From sequence record PQ621116.1: 32,000 bases of DNA; one strand, 5' to 3'. The DNA is from Pseudomonas phage PSASB_03. Positions 17,955 through 27,685 of the stretch are shown piece by piece. The notes under the pieces are model-generated. The model saw nothing but the letters and a program-made list of their open reading frames with translations. It searched no databases and had not been told where the DNA came from. Position numbers and translations under genes: made by a program. Each line of letters opens with the position of its first letter. Position 1 is the stretch's first letter.

Positions 17955-18956
17955 ATGGCCTACCAGACCGGAACTTCGACGGATATTAACGACCTGCTGG
18001 ACAAGTTTCGGCTCTTCGCGATTGCGCAGGGCTGGTCCGTCAACCGCTGGGCCACCGTCGGGTCCGGGCGCGAGCTCTGCATCCAGAAGAGCTCAGCCTA
18101 CTTTAACTTCCGAGCATGGAACAACGAGAGCGCCCTAGTCAATGGTTCTGCCCAAGCAGGCAAGACTGGGTTGGCTATCAATGGCTCGGACGGCTACCTT
18201 GGTGGTAATGCTTGGGACCGGCAGCCGGGCTACCCGCAGCGCCAGACTGGTGCCTCGCTGGATCAGGCCCACGCGTGGTTCCCACTGGTTATCAACTTCG
18301 GCCCATTCCCGGCGTATCACTTCTTCGCCCCGGATAGTAAGACGCTGTATGCCGAGGTGGAGGTATCCACCGGTATCTTTATGCGCTTCGGTTGCGGGAG
18401 TTTGGACCTTTTCAACCCAGCGGCTCCGGGCGGTGGGCGCTTCTTCTACGCGACTGGTGGGCAGCATGTCACCAACAGCACCTCTTCTTCGTCGTGGCTC
18501 GGGTCAGACGTCGATAACCCGTCATACGCACTCGAGGAAGTGCCTTTCCGATGCGCGGACTACTGCTCGTCTCAAGCAAGCTACTTGACTGGGTCCTACC
18601 TACGAGTGCAACACGACTCCTTCAATAACTGGGCCTTCTCCTCGCGCACCTTCTCCACCTCCAACACTGCAAGCATCTGTCAGGGGGGAGGTGTTCATGA
18701 TCGGCCGATTCGAGACCTAGCCCCCAACGCCTTGAACGGAGTTGGGGTGATTCTCCCGAACATTGTGTCCGTCAATCGTAATGACGAGTTCCTGAACCCA
18801 GTCGGTACCATCCCGGGCATGCGCTATATGGACATGACCAATTATCTGCCCGGTGATGAGTTCACCCTCGGGTCCGACACCTGGAAGGTGTTTCCGTGGT
18901 ACGCCAAGGGCGGGCGTAGCGGCCAACGCGGCATTGCCTACCTGAAGGTGGTCTAA
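17955..18956 (+). CDS. phage tail-associated structural protein, possible paralog of upstream ORF
   Basis: Similar N-terminal pattern (TGTSTDINDLLDKFRLFA) and C-terminal layout; adjacent. Confidence 0.55.
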   Translation: MAYQTGTSTDINDLLDKFRLFAIAQGWSVNRWATVGSGRELCIQKSSAYFNFRAWNNESALVNGSAQAGKTGLAINGSDGYLGGNAWDRQPGYPQRQTGASLDQAHAWFPLVINFGPFPAYHFFAPDSKTLYAEVEVSTGIFMRFGCGSLDLFNPAAPGGGRFFYATGGQHVTNSTSSSSWLGSDVDNPSYALEEVPFRCADYCSSQASYLTGSYLRVQHDSFNNWAFSSRTFSTSNTASICQGGGVHDRPIRDLAPNALNGVGVILPNIVSVNRNDEFLNPVGTIPGMRYMDMTNYLPGDEFTLGSDTWKVFPWYAKGGRSGQRGIAYLKVV

Positions 18957-18957
18957 A

Positions 18958-20619
18958 ATGGCTGTCGTCACTACCCATGCCTACGTTGGGCTCGACCAGC
19001 GCCGGGTAGCTCTCGCGGAGTACGGGGTCCCGGACGCTGGGCCTGTGGATAACAGCCCACCTGTCCTCCCGGCGGAGCTTAGTGCCTCCGGCCACGGTGA
19101 GTTGATAGACAACCTCCCGATCCAGGAAATTGAGGCTGCCTTCGATGGGTGGAAGGCGCCGTCTTTCCTGGATGACTACTACTACCGCGTCCATGTGCGG
19201 CCGGGGGTCATCGAGCTCGGTAACCTGCTGTCCACACAGGTCCGGGACGTCGAGGTCTGGAGCGCCTACTTCGAGCCCCAGCTTCTGTCCAGCCTGAGCC
19301 AGGTGGGGACCGATGGTATCACCCTGACCCAGCCACAGGTCCCACCGACGTCCTTCGCGGCGCTGGAGGCCCGGACCTATACGCTGAACATCAGCACCAA
19401 CGGGGCGCCGGTCATCAACGCCCTCTACACCTTCAACTTCCCGACCGACCATCCGACCCTGACGGTGACCGGACGCCGCGTGGTGGTCTGGCCCTTCATG
19501 CCGCAGACCAAGCACAAGGAGATGCTGGAGTGGCAGACCGACATTATCCCGAGCTTCAACAATGAACAACGGTTGGCCCTCCGGCCGGCGCCGCGGCAGT
19601 CCTTCTCCCACGAGTTCCAGCTTGACACCTACCAGTTTAGCCGGGCGAAGGCCATTGCGACCCAGTGGGCGCACCGCGTCTATGGTATCCCGGTCTGGTC
19701 CGAGCTGACCCGCCTTGGCCCCCTGTCCGCCGGGGCGACCGAGATCCTCGTTGACACCACCGTTGCCGACTACCGTCAAGATGACATCATTATCATCTGG
19801 GAGTCCGACACCAACAACGTGGCGGTGGAGATCGGGGCGGTGCTAGCGGACCGGGTCCAGCTGAAGCTCCCGCTGGAGAAGTCTTACCAGAACGCCTACG
19901 TGGCTCCCCTCCGGTTTGCCCGGACCTTTGATGGGATGCAGTTCCGGCGGTCCAACCACGACTTCACCATCGCCAGCGCCACGTTCCAGGTCACCCAGAA
20001 CAAGGACCTCGGGGCTGCTGTCGGGTACCCGCAGTACCGGGGCAAAGATGTCCTGATCGATCCGACCATCTTGGTCAGCGACCTCAACGAGCGGATCTCC
20101 CGAGCCACGGACGAGTTCGATAACGGCTCCGGCCCGATTGTTGTGGACATCAAGAACAACTGGGTCAATAGTGCCAAGGCAATCACCTTCGACGTCTTGA
20201 CCCGGGTCGAGCGTTGGGCGGCTCGCAAGTGGATTCATTCTCGGCGGGGTCGGCAGAAGGGGTTCTGGCTCCCGACCTGGAACCCGGACCTGATTCTGCT
20301 GGAGGATGTCGGCCCGACGGGAGCAGCACTCACCGTGCGGCCTATCGGGTACCCGCTATACTATGGGGTCAAGGACATCATGGTGCAGCTGAAGAACGGG
20401 ACGCGGATCTTCGCCCGGGTGCTTAGCGGCGCGGTGGACCCGAACGAGAATGAGGTGCTGGCGCTAGAGGCGGCGGTCGGAACCGGATTCACCGTGGCGG
20501 AGGTCGACTTCATCTGCTTCATGTCGCATGTCCGGTTCAATTCTGATCGGGTCGAGATCCGCCATGACTATGCTGGCCGGGCCGTGACCACGATCCCTGT
20601 AGTGGAGACCCCGGAATGA
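18958..20619 (+). CDS. distal/minor tail protein
   Basis: Position upstream of BR0599-like ORF; 553 aa. Confidence 0.65.
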   Translation: MAVVTTHAYVGLDQRRVALAEYGVPDAGPVDNSPPVLPAELSASGHGELIDNLPIQEIEAAFDGWKAPSFLDDYYYRVHVRPGVIELGNLLSTQVRDVEVWSAYFEPQLLSSLSQVGTDGITLTQPQVPPTSFAALEARTYTLNISTNGAPVINALYTFNFPTDHPTLTVTGRRVVVWPFMPQTKHKEMLEWQTDIIPSFNNEQRLALRPAPRQSFSHEFQLDTYQFSRAKAIATQWAHRVYGIPVWSELTRLGPLSAGATEILVDTTVADYRQDDIIIIWESDTNNVAVEIGAVLADRVQLKLPLEKSYQNAYVAPLRFARTFDGMQFRRSNHDFTIASATFQVTQNKDLGAAVGYPQYRGKDVLIDPTILVSDLNERISRATDEFDNGSGPIVVDIKNNWVNSAKAITFDVLTRVERWAARKWIHSRRGRQKGFWLPTWNPDLILLEDVGPTGAALTVRPIGYPLYYGVKDIMVQLKNGTRIFARVLSGAVDPNENEVLALEAAVGTGFTVAEVDFICFMSHVRFNSDRVEIRHDYAGRAVTTIPVVETPE

Positions 20620-21425
20620 CGTATAGCACCTATGAAAACTCGCTGGAGCTCGGCACCCCCGTCGAGCTCTACGAGTTTGTTCAGGGCATCCAGCGCTGGA
20701 ACTATATCAGCGGGGCTGACTCCATCGTCCGGCTGGGCCAGGTCTATACCCCCATGCCGGTCAGCCGGGACCGAATCAAGCAGACGAGCGACATCTTCAA
20801 GGATTCACTCAAGCTCTCCTTCCCGCGGGATGACGCCTTTGCCAGCCAGTTCCTTGGCTTCGCGCCGGAGGATGTGACCACAGTCACCGTCCTGCGCGGG
20901 CACTACGGGGACCCGGACAACGAATACATCGTCTATTGGAAGGGCCGCATCGTCGGGGCCAAGGTCAATGGCAACCAGATCGACGTGGAGGCAGAATCGG
21001 TCTTCACCTCCATCAAGCGCCCGGGTCTGCGCGCTCGCTTCGAGTACGGTTGCCGCCGGACCCTCTACCTGAAGGGCTGCAACGTCAACCGCGAGCTTTA
21101 CAAGCTGGAGGGCCAAATTCTGTCCATTAGTGGCGGGCTTGTGGTGGCCGTGGCGGGGGCCGCCCTCCAGCCGGGGGGTTACTATACGGGTGGGATGTTG
21201 GTGGCCCCTAGCGGGGTGCCACGCTTTATTACGGCCCATTCCGGGGACCAGGTTACCATTGCCCGCCCCCTCCCCGAGCTGGTCGGCGGGATGACCGTGG
21301 CCCTCTACCCCGGATGCGACCATCTCCGGGAGACCTGCAAGAACAAATTCAACAACCTGGACAACTTCGGCGGCTTCCCGTTCATCCCGGGCCGGAACCC
21401 GTTCGATGGTAGTTCAATCGTCTAG
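20616..21425 (+). CDS. minor tail protein (DUF2163/phage BR0599-like)
   Basis: C-terminal GCDHLRETCKNKFNNLDNFGGFPFIPGRNPF motif. Confidence 0.75.
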   Translation: MTYSTYENSLELGTPVELYEFVQGIQRWNYISGADSIVRLGQVYTPMPVSRDRIKQTSDIFKDSLKLSFPRDDAFASQFLGFAPEDVTTVTVLRGHYGDPDNEYIVYWKGRIVGAKVNGNQIDVEAESVFTSIKRPGLRARFEYGCRRTLYLKGCNVNRELYKLEGQILSISGGLVVAVAGAALQPGGYYTGGMLVAPSGVPRFITAHSGDQVTIARPLPELVGGMTVALYPGCDHLRETCKNKFNNLDNFGGFPFIPGRNPFDGSSIV

Positions 21426-21434
21426 GAGAATAGC

Positions 21435-21668
21435 ATGGCCTGGATTGCAGCCATCATCTTTGTCGTCGCGCTGGTCGTCGCCTACACGATGGCCCCGAAG
21501 CCGGAGACGCGCCCTCCGGCCGGCCTCGACGAGATCCAAGCCCCGACGGCCGAGGTCGGGCGGGAGATCCCTGTCCTGTTCGGGCGCCGCAAGCTGGAGG
21601 GGCCGAACGTCGTATGGTATGGGCACCTCCGGACCGTCGCGATCAAGAAGAAGGGAGGCAAGAAGTGA
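21435..21668 (+). CDS. small membrane-anchored tail-region protein
   Basis: N-terminal hydrophobic segment WIAAIIFVVALVVAYTM, then PVLFGRRKLEGPNVVWYG. Confidence 0.6.
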   Translation: MAWIAAIIFVVALVVAYTMAPKPETRPPAGLDEIQAPTAEVGREIPVLFGRRKLEGPNVVWYGHLRTVAIKKKGGKK

Positions 21669-21871
21669 CGGAACAAGTTATCGTGCGGATGGGGGACCTG
21701 CGCTCCCTCCGTTACTGCGCCCGCGGGGTCCGGGAGTTCTTTGCTCGCTATGGGCTGGACTACGCCGACTTCCTGCAGAACGGCGTTTCCGCGGAGAAGC
21801 TGCTTGCAGCCTCCAGCAATGATGCAATGGCCGTAGCGGCCGTGGAGGTGGCTCGTGGGCGGCAGCAGTAA
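21665..21871 (+). CDS. small tail-region protein, GTG start
   Basis: GTG at 21665 overlaps upstream TGA; reads VTEQVIVRMGDLRSLRYCARGVREFF. Confidence 0.5.
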   Translation: MTEQVIVRMGDLRSLRYCARGVREFFARYGLDYADFLQNGVSAEKLLAASSNDAMAVAAVEVARGRQQ

Positions 21872-24029
21872 GAAGGTCACCGTCGGGTACAAGTACTACC
21901 TAGGCATGCACATGATCCTGTGCCACGGCCCGGTAGACAAGGTCACCCGCATCGAGGTGGATGGCAAGACGGCCTGGAGCGGTAACGCGACGGGTGGGGC
22001 CATCTCGGTCAATGCCCCGGACCTATTCGGCGGGGAGTCCCGCGAGGGCGGCGTATCCGGCACTGTGGACATCGACATGGGCGGGCCGCTCCAAGGGCGC
22101 AATGCCTACCTGCAGGGCCGGCTGGGGGCGGACATCCCGGCTTACCGCGGGGTACTAGGGGCTGTCCTCAATCAGGTCTACGTAGGCTTGAACCCGTACC
22201 TGAAGCGGTGGGCCTTCTGGGCGAGTCGTATCCATGTGCGCCAGGATGGTATTGCCCAGTGGTATGATGCCAAGGCCGAGATCAATGGAGACATGAACCC
22301 GGCTCATATCATCCGGGAGTGCCTGACGGACCCAGACTGGGGCATGGGTTACCCCGAAGCAGACATTGATGATGCCTCCTTCACAGCGGCTGCGGACCAG
22401 ATGTACAACGAGGGGATGGGTATGTCCCTGCTTTGGGACCGCTCTGTCACCCTCGAGGAGTTCATCCAGGTCGTCCTCAAGCACATCGACGGGTCCATCT
22501 ACGTGGATCGGTCCACCGGCAAGTTCGTCCTGAAGCTGGCCCGCGGCGGCTACGATATCAACAGCTTGCTGGTCCTCGACGAAAGCTCGGTGGACCGGAT
22601 TACCGACTTCAAGCGCAACACCATCGGGGAGCTGGTCAACTCGGTGACGGTGGTCTATTGGGACGCCAGCACCGGTAAGAACGGCTCCGTCACCGTTCAG
22701 GACATCGCCCTCGCCGCCCAGCAGCAGGCTACCATCGGGACGACCAAGCAGTTCCCGGGATTCACCAATGGGACCATCGCAACGCAGGTGGCGGCTCGCT
22801 CCCTGAAGGCCCTGTCGGTCCCATTGGCCAGCGGAACCATCTATGCGAATCGGAAGGCTGCCTCCCTCAACGTCGGGGACGTGTTTGTCCTGACCTGGCC
22901 GCGCTACGGCATCTCTCAACTGGTGATGCGGGTGGCTAACGTAGAGATGGGGGCTCTCGGGAGCAACGTCGTCAAGATCCAAGCGGTGGAGGATGTCTTC
23001 GCCCTGTCCAGCGCGATCTACGCTCCGCCCCCTCCGAGCGGCTGGAGCGACCCGAACACCCCGCCAGCCCCCTGCCCTTATCACTGTGTCATCGAGGCCC
23101 CCTTCTGGGAGCTGGTCCAGCGAATGGGGGAGACGGACGCCCGGGCTCTCCCGGCGACCGCGGGCTTCGTGGTGGCCACAGGGGTCCGCCCGTCCAGCGA
23201 CGCCAGCAACGCGAAGCTCTACACCGATGTCACAGGCGTCTGGGAGGAAGCCGGTACCGTGGACTTCTGCCCGACTGCAATCCTGACCGCTGCGGTGTCC
23301 TCCAACACCACCACCACCTTCCCGATCGGGACCGGGGTGGACCTGGACGTGGTCCAGGTGGGGACCTACGCCCTAATCGACAGCGAGCTGGTGCGCATTG
23401 ACGCCGTATCGGACACCTCCCTGACGGTGGGGCGTGGGGTCCTGGATACGGTCGCTAAGCCCCACGCTGTCGGGGCGCGCCTATTCTTCGCCGACGCCTT
23501 CTTCGAGTCGGACGCCGTTGAATATGCCACCGGGGAGAACGCTGACATCCGGCTACTGCCATCCACCGGGCTGGGCACCTTGGCCTTGGCCTCAGCCCCG
23601 ACCCAATCGGTCAGCATGGTGGCCCGCCAGTACAAGCCCTACCCTCCCGGGCAGTTCAGGATCAACAGCCAAGCATATCCAGACGCCGTGCGCGGGGACC
23701 AGAACATCACGGTCGGCTGGACCCACCGGGATCGCCTGCAGCAGACAGCCACCCTCGTGGACGAGACAGCCGGGAGCATTGGCCCCGAGGCCGGGACCAC
23801 CTACACCTGTCGCCTGCTGACGGTTGGGGGTTCGGTGCTGGTGACCCATTCCGGGCTGACCGGGACAGGGGACACCTTTACGCTGGCGGAGATGGGGGCG
23901 AACTACGGGCGGCTGCGCATCCAGCTGTGGTCAGTCAGGGACGGCGTGCAGAGCCTGCAGATGCATGATTGGGAATTTACTCGTTCCGGCTATGGTGCCG
24001 GGTATGGCTACGCTTACGGAGGTGTGTGA
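21855..24029 (+). CDS. central tail tip / host-specificity (J-like) protein
   Basis: 724 aa; VTVGYKYYLGMHMILCHGPVDKVTRIEVDGK start typical of phage tail tip proteins; last large tail gene. Confidence 0.75.
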   Translation: MGGSSKKVTVGYKYYLGMHMILCHGPVDKVTRIEVDGKTAWSGNATGGAISVNAPDLFGGESREGGVSGTVDIDMGGPLQGRNAYLQGRLGADIPAYRGVLGAVLNQVYVGLNPYLKRWAFWASRIHVRQDGIAQWYDAKAEINGDMNPAHIIRECLTDPDWGMGYPEADIDDASFTAAADQMYNEGMGMSLLWDRSVTLEEFIQVVLKHIDGSIYVDRSTGKFVLKLARGGYDINSLLVLDESSVDRITDFKRNTIGELVNSVTVVYWDASTGKNGSVTVQDIALAAQQQATIGTTKQFPGFTNGTIATQVAARSLKALSVPLASGTIYANRKAASLNVGDVFVLTWPRYGISQLVMRVANVEMGALGSNVVKIQAVEDVFALSSAIYAPPPPSGWSDPNTPPAPCPYHCVIEAPFWELVQRMGETDARALPATAGFVVATGVRPSSDASNAKLYTDVTGVWEEAGTVDFCPTAILTAAVSSNTTTTFPIGTGVDLDVVQVGTYALIDSELVRIDAVSDTSLTVGRGVLDTVAKPHAVGARLFFADAFFESDAVEYATGENADIRLLPSTGLGTLALASAPTQSVSMVARQYKPYPPGQFRINSQAYPDAVRGDQNITVGWTHRDRLQQTATLVDETAGSIGPEAGTTYTCRLLTVGGSVLVTHSGLTGTGDTFTLAEMGANYGRLRIQLWSVRDGVQSLQMHDWEFTRSGYGAGYGYAYGGV

Positions 24030-24385
24030 TGCCTGCTTCAACTGAACCGCGCTCGGGTCTTAGCTTCGGCTGGAACCTCGGGGAGAACAACTGGAACACT
24101 GGCATGGATGCCAACCTGCTGTCCATCGGCCGGTTCGCCTACCACCTGTCGGTCAAGGACCGGAACCTGGCCACCCCTCCGGGGAGCCCGGCAGCCGGGG
24201 ACACCTACATCGTGGCTGCTGCCCCGACGGGGGCTTGGGCTGGGCAAGCCGGCAAGGTCGCTGTCTGGTCTGGTACCACATGGGTCTTCGGCACCCCGCG
24301 CGTCGGCTGGGTAGCCTACATCGAAGACGAGGAGGTGCTGTCCGCCTACAAGGCGGCGGGCTGGTCAGTCGGGGTCGCGATCTAG
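24029..24385 (+). CDS. DUF2793-like tail-associated protein
   Basis: Pattern ATPPGSPAAGDTYIVAAAPTGAWAGQAGKVAVWSGTTWVF...GWVAYIEDEE. Confidence 0.7.
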   Translation: MPASTEPRSGLSFGWNLGENNWNTGMDANLLSIGRFAYHLSVKDRNLATPPGSPAAGDTYIVAAAPTGAWAGQAGKVAVWSGTTWVFGTPRVGWVAYIEDEEVLSAYKAAGWSVGVAI

Positions 24386-24413
24386 ATCCGAACCCATCCC
24401 GAAGGCGATGCAC

Positions 24414-24659
24414 TTACCGAGTAGCATCGCCGACGGGATCGAAACCAGCAGGTACAGCAGGATACCCAAGAGCCACGCATTCATCCTTGTACACCTCGTC
24501 GTAGTCGGGCCAGGCGCCCTCTGCCACCATCTTACAATAGTGATTTTGGTGGAGCACGGCGTCCTCGAAGTCCATGTTCCCGACCATGCCCATAGCGAGC
24601 AGGATCAGGACGAGGTACCAGAAGGTCGGGCGGCGCAGTAGGTCTTTGATCAGGTCCAT
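24414..24659 (-). CDS. small single-TM membrane protein
   Basis: Hydrophobic FWYLVLILLAMGMVG; good SD AAGGAG upstream; own promoter. Confidence 0.65.
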   Translation of the reverse strand: MDLIKDLLRRPTFWYLVLILLAMGMVGNMDFEDAVLHQNHYCKMVAEGAWPDYDEVYKDECVALGYPAVPAGFDPVGDATR

Positions 24660-24687
24660 GGTGTTACTCCTTGTTGAACATGATTAG

Positions 24688-24716
24688 AGTATAGCCGCCC
24701 GATTACTCCTTGGCAA
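24688..24716 (-). promoter_or_regulatory. sigma70-like promoter TTGCCA-17 bp-TATACT (minus strand)
   Basis: -35 complement at 24711-24716, -10 complement at 24688-24693; upstream of the 24659 start. Confidence 0.6.
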
Positions 24717-24725
24717 CCGTTTTGT

Positions 24726-26738
24726 TTAGTCCTTGATAGCCTCAACGTGACCCCAGTCTGGCCCGATGTCCCCGTCCGCCCGGACCGGGATGCGGAGGGG
24801 GAGGGCCGTCTCCATGATGTGCTTCATTTCCCGGAAGGCCTCATCCTTGCCGCCTGGATCACTGAAGTCCAGCTCGTCGTGGACGGTCAGGCGTGGGATA
24901 CCGGTCTCGTCGAAGACCCCATCGCGGTAGCACTTGAGCATGGCGACCTTCATCAGATCCGCCGCGGAGCCCTGCAGGCGCCGGTTCAGAGCCTTGTGGG
25001 TGTAAGCCCGGCGGATGGCCCCGTACCGGAGGATAGCCTGCTCGTAGGGTAGGGCAATGGTATCCTCGCCCCACTTTGAGGGCTCCCACAGGTCGAAGCG
25101 GCTACGGCGCCCGAGGATTGTGGTTATAATCCCCGACTGCTGGGCCTCCTCCGCGCAGGCATCCATGGTGGCCTTTGCAAACGGGACACCCTTGTGGTAG
25201 GCCGCGAACAGCGCCTTGCCTTCGGCTTTGGTCAGCCCGAGGTCTCCGGCCAGCTTGTCCACCCCCATGCCGTAGATCAGGCCGAAATTGATGTTCTTGA
25301 TCGGCCGGCGCCAATGCTTCCGGAGCTCCTTAGTGGAGATGTCCCAGCCGGCCTGCGGGGCCACTAGGTCAAGGGCCATCTCGTGGTAGTCGGTGTCCGG
25401 GTGAGCATTGAAGTGAGCCCGCACGTCGTCACTACCTGGCCCGCAAGCAAAGTGGATCAGGAAGCGGTATTCGATCTGGCTGTAGTCGTACTTCCGCCAA
25501 GCGGCATGGCCTTCGTCCGGAATGAAGAGCCCCCGGATCAAAGGGGCCAGCTCGTCGTCCCGGCTCGGGATGTTCTGCAGGTTGGGGGTGCTGGAGCTAA
25601 AGCGCCCAGACCGGGTGCCGGTGCTATCCCCGCGAAGCGGGTGGAACTGCCCGTAGACCATCCCGTTGATGTGGGAGTTCAAGATGTAGGATTCGATGAA
25701 GGTCCCCCGCAGCTTGTCGCACTTCCGGATCTCCCGGATGCAATCCGCCAGCGGGTGCTTGAGCCCCTCGAGGAACCCTTTCGTGAAGCTTGGCTTACCC
25801 TTGGCCGTCCGGCCGTACCCGAGGCCGATGGTATCGAAGGCCCGGGCTAGGCTGTCAGCGGAGTTGATGTCGACATCGAAGCCGGCCATGTGCCGGAGCT
25901 TCTTGTGCTCCTCCTTCGCCCGCTCAGCCAGGACCTCCCGGAGCTCCTCCGCTCGGGCCACGTTGACGCGGACCCCCGCGAAGCGCATATCGATCAGCAT
26001 CGGGATGAGGGCGCACTCCATCTGGAACAGGTGGAAGAGCCCCTCCCGGACCAGGAGCGGGTATATGACGCTGGCCACACGCAGCGGCAGGTCGGCGTCG
26101 CTCTCGGCGTAGGGGCCAACCAGCCGGGGCGGGGAGCGGTAGATGTTCCCGCGCTGCGTCCCGTTCGCCTTGCCGCCATAGTACTTGGCGCACCAGTCGT
26201 ACAGGATGTTTGACTCCTTGCCTTCTCCGAGGTACTTCTGGCCAAGGGTCTCCAGGTTCACGTCGGCCCGCTCGTCCAGCAAGGCCTCGGCGAATTGCAC
26301 GTCAACCAGCTCGCCACGGACGGTAACCCCCTCGTGGCGGAGCCAGCCAATGTCATATAGGAGGTTGGCCCCGACCTTGGGCTGGCGGGGGTTACCGAGG
26401 GTGTGGCGGAGCCATTGGAGGACCACTTCCGGGTCCCAGTTGTCCTGCGGTTCCACCTCGTGGCGGATGGGGAAATACCACCGGCCCCCTCCATCGGCCC
26501 CGATGGAGACCCCGACGATATGGCCCTTACCACGAGCCCAGCCGGGGCCGTGGGTCAGGAGGTCCGGGTCATAGGTTTCGCAGTCAATCGAGATACAGGC
26601 CGCCCGGGAGAGGTCTGGCAGGTAGGTCGGTGGGCGCCAGCCAGTATCCGGGATGGGTGGCATGATGCGGACGGTCTCCCGCTTGCCTGACTTGACCGGG
26701 ACATCCTCCCAGAACATACCGATGGCATCAAACCTCAT
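24726..26738 (-). CDS. DNA polymerase, family A, with 3'-5' exonuclease domain
   Basis: Exo motif SIDCETYD; motif A YDYSQIEYR; motif B RRPIKNINFGLIYGMG; motif C TVHDELDF. Confidence 0.95.
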   Translation of the reverse strand: MRFDAIGMFWEDVPVKSGKRETVRIMPPIPDTGWRPPTYLPDLSRAACISIDCETYDPDLLTHGPGWARGKGHIVGVSIGADGGGRWYFPIRHEVEPQDNWDPEVVLQWLRHTLGNPRQPKVGANLLYDIGWLRHEGVTVRGELVDVQFAEALLDERADVNLETLGQKYLGEGKESNILYDWCAKYYGGKANGTQRGNIYRSPPRLVGPYAESDADLPLRVASVIYPLLVREGLFHLFQMECALIPMLIDMRFAGVRVNVARAEELREVLAERAKEEHKKLRHMAGFDVDINSADSLARAFDTIGLGYGRTAKGKPSFTKGFLEGLKHPLADCIREIRKCDKLRGTFIESYILNSHINGMVYGQFHPLRGDSTGTRSGRFSSSTPNLQNIPSRDDELAPLIRGLFIPDEGHAAWRKYDYSQIEYRFLIHFACGPGSDDVRAHFNAHPDTDYHEMALDLVAPQAGWDISTKELRKHWRRPIKNINFGLIYGMGVDKLAGDLGLTKAEGKALFAAYHKGVPFAKATMDACAEEAQQSGIITTILGRRSRFDLWEPSKWGEDTIALPYEQAILRYGAIRRAYTHKALNRRLQGSAADLMKVAMLKCYRDGVFDETGIPRLTVHDELDFSDPGGKDEAFREMKHIMETALPLRIPVRADGDIGPDWGHVEAIKD

Positions 26739-27685
26739 CCCCGCATCCCCACGATCGCGCCGCGGACACGGTCCCCGTAGAACAGGCAAGGGGCCGGGTA
26801 CTGGCTCAGGTCGATGGTCTCCGCTATGCCCTCGAGAAGCTGGAGCTGCTTGATATGGTAGATGCCCTGCTCGGGGAGGCCCGCCAGATCCACCGAGGCA
26901 CCAAGCCCATCGGCGGGGGTTGTGGCCATACGGGTGTTGAGGAAGAAGGCCCGCTCCAGGTCATCCGCGAAGGGGAGCAGGTCCGCCAGCGCCTCGAAGA
27001 AACCCTCCGGGAACGGCTGCTGGGTGGAGTCCCGGTTCAGGACCTTGGCCATGTCCGGCCACTGGGTCGAATAGGTCTGGGTGCGAAGCCAGCGCCCCGA
27101 GGCGTAGTGGAAAGTCACGCTGTTCTCACAGACCTGGACCTTGGTGGGCTCTTCTCCAATTCGGATGAGCTCCTGCACCGCTGGCTTCGGGATGTTGACC
27201 TCGACTGGGAAGTTGTAGCCGAGCCAGTACTCCACCAGCGTCACGTTGTTTGTTGCGAAGGCCGAAGGGCCACGAAACATGATGCCCCGCGCCCACTGGC
27301 GGGAGGCGTCGTCTGCGATGAAGGGGTTGAGCTTCTTCAGGGCCTTGAGCAAGGTCCCATCCAGCTCCAGGACTTCCCCCTCCGGTTGTACATCAGGGTA
27401 GGCCCCGTCGATGCAGTCCACAAAGGCCTTGAAGGACCCGCTCTTGATGGACAGGCGCCCGGCCGGGGTCATGTTGAGCTGGACCGTATCCTTGCAGGTG
27501 GCGATGGCCTTGATAAAGGGGGCCGCCTTCGGGGTGACCTCGAGGTCCAGGTCAATCGGGCTACATAGGGCAAGGCTACCGTTGTAGCCCTTGATGAAGC
27601 CGCCCGAGATGTGGAAGTGGGTCAGTGCCTGGACAAAGTCCTTCTTGGCAACTGCTCCCTGAACGAATTTAAGGGCATCAAGCAT
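26735..27685 (-). CDS. DNA sliding clamp (beta subunit)-like protein
   Basis: MLDALKFVQGAVAKKDFVQALTHFHI...; clamp-like domain layout; overlaps polymerase start by ATGA. Confidence 0.5.
   Translation of the reverse strand: MLDALKFVQGAVAKKDFVQALTHFHISGGFIKGYNGSLALCSPIDLDLEVTPKAAPFIKAIATCKDTVQLNMTPAGRLSIKSGSFKAFVDCIDGAYPDVQPEGEVLELDGTLLKALKKLNPFIADDASRQWARGIMFRGPSAFATNNVTLVEYWLGYNFPVEVNIPKPAVQELIRIGEEPTKVQVCENSVTFHYASGRWLRTQTYSTQWPDMAKVLNRDSTQQPFPEGFFEALADLLPFADDLERAFFLNTRMATTPADGLGASVDLAGLPEQGIYHIKQLQLLEGIAETIDLSQYPAPCLFYGDRVRGAIVGMRG

Noticed and set aside
18862-19779. 305-aa antisense ORF opposite the minor tail gene
   Set aside because: Shadow ORF; no motif and no supporting operon context.
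25127-25132. Plus-strand TATAAT inside the polymerase gene
   Set aside because: Antisense to the gene and without a properly spaced -35.
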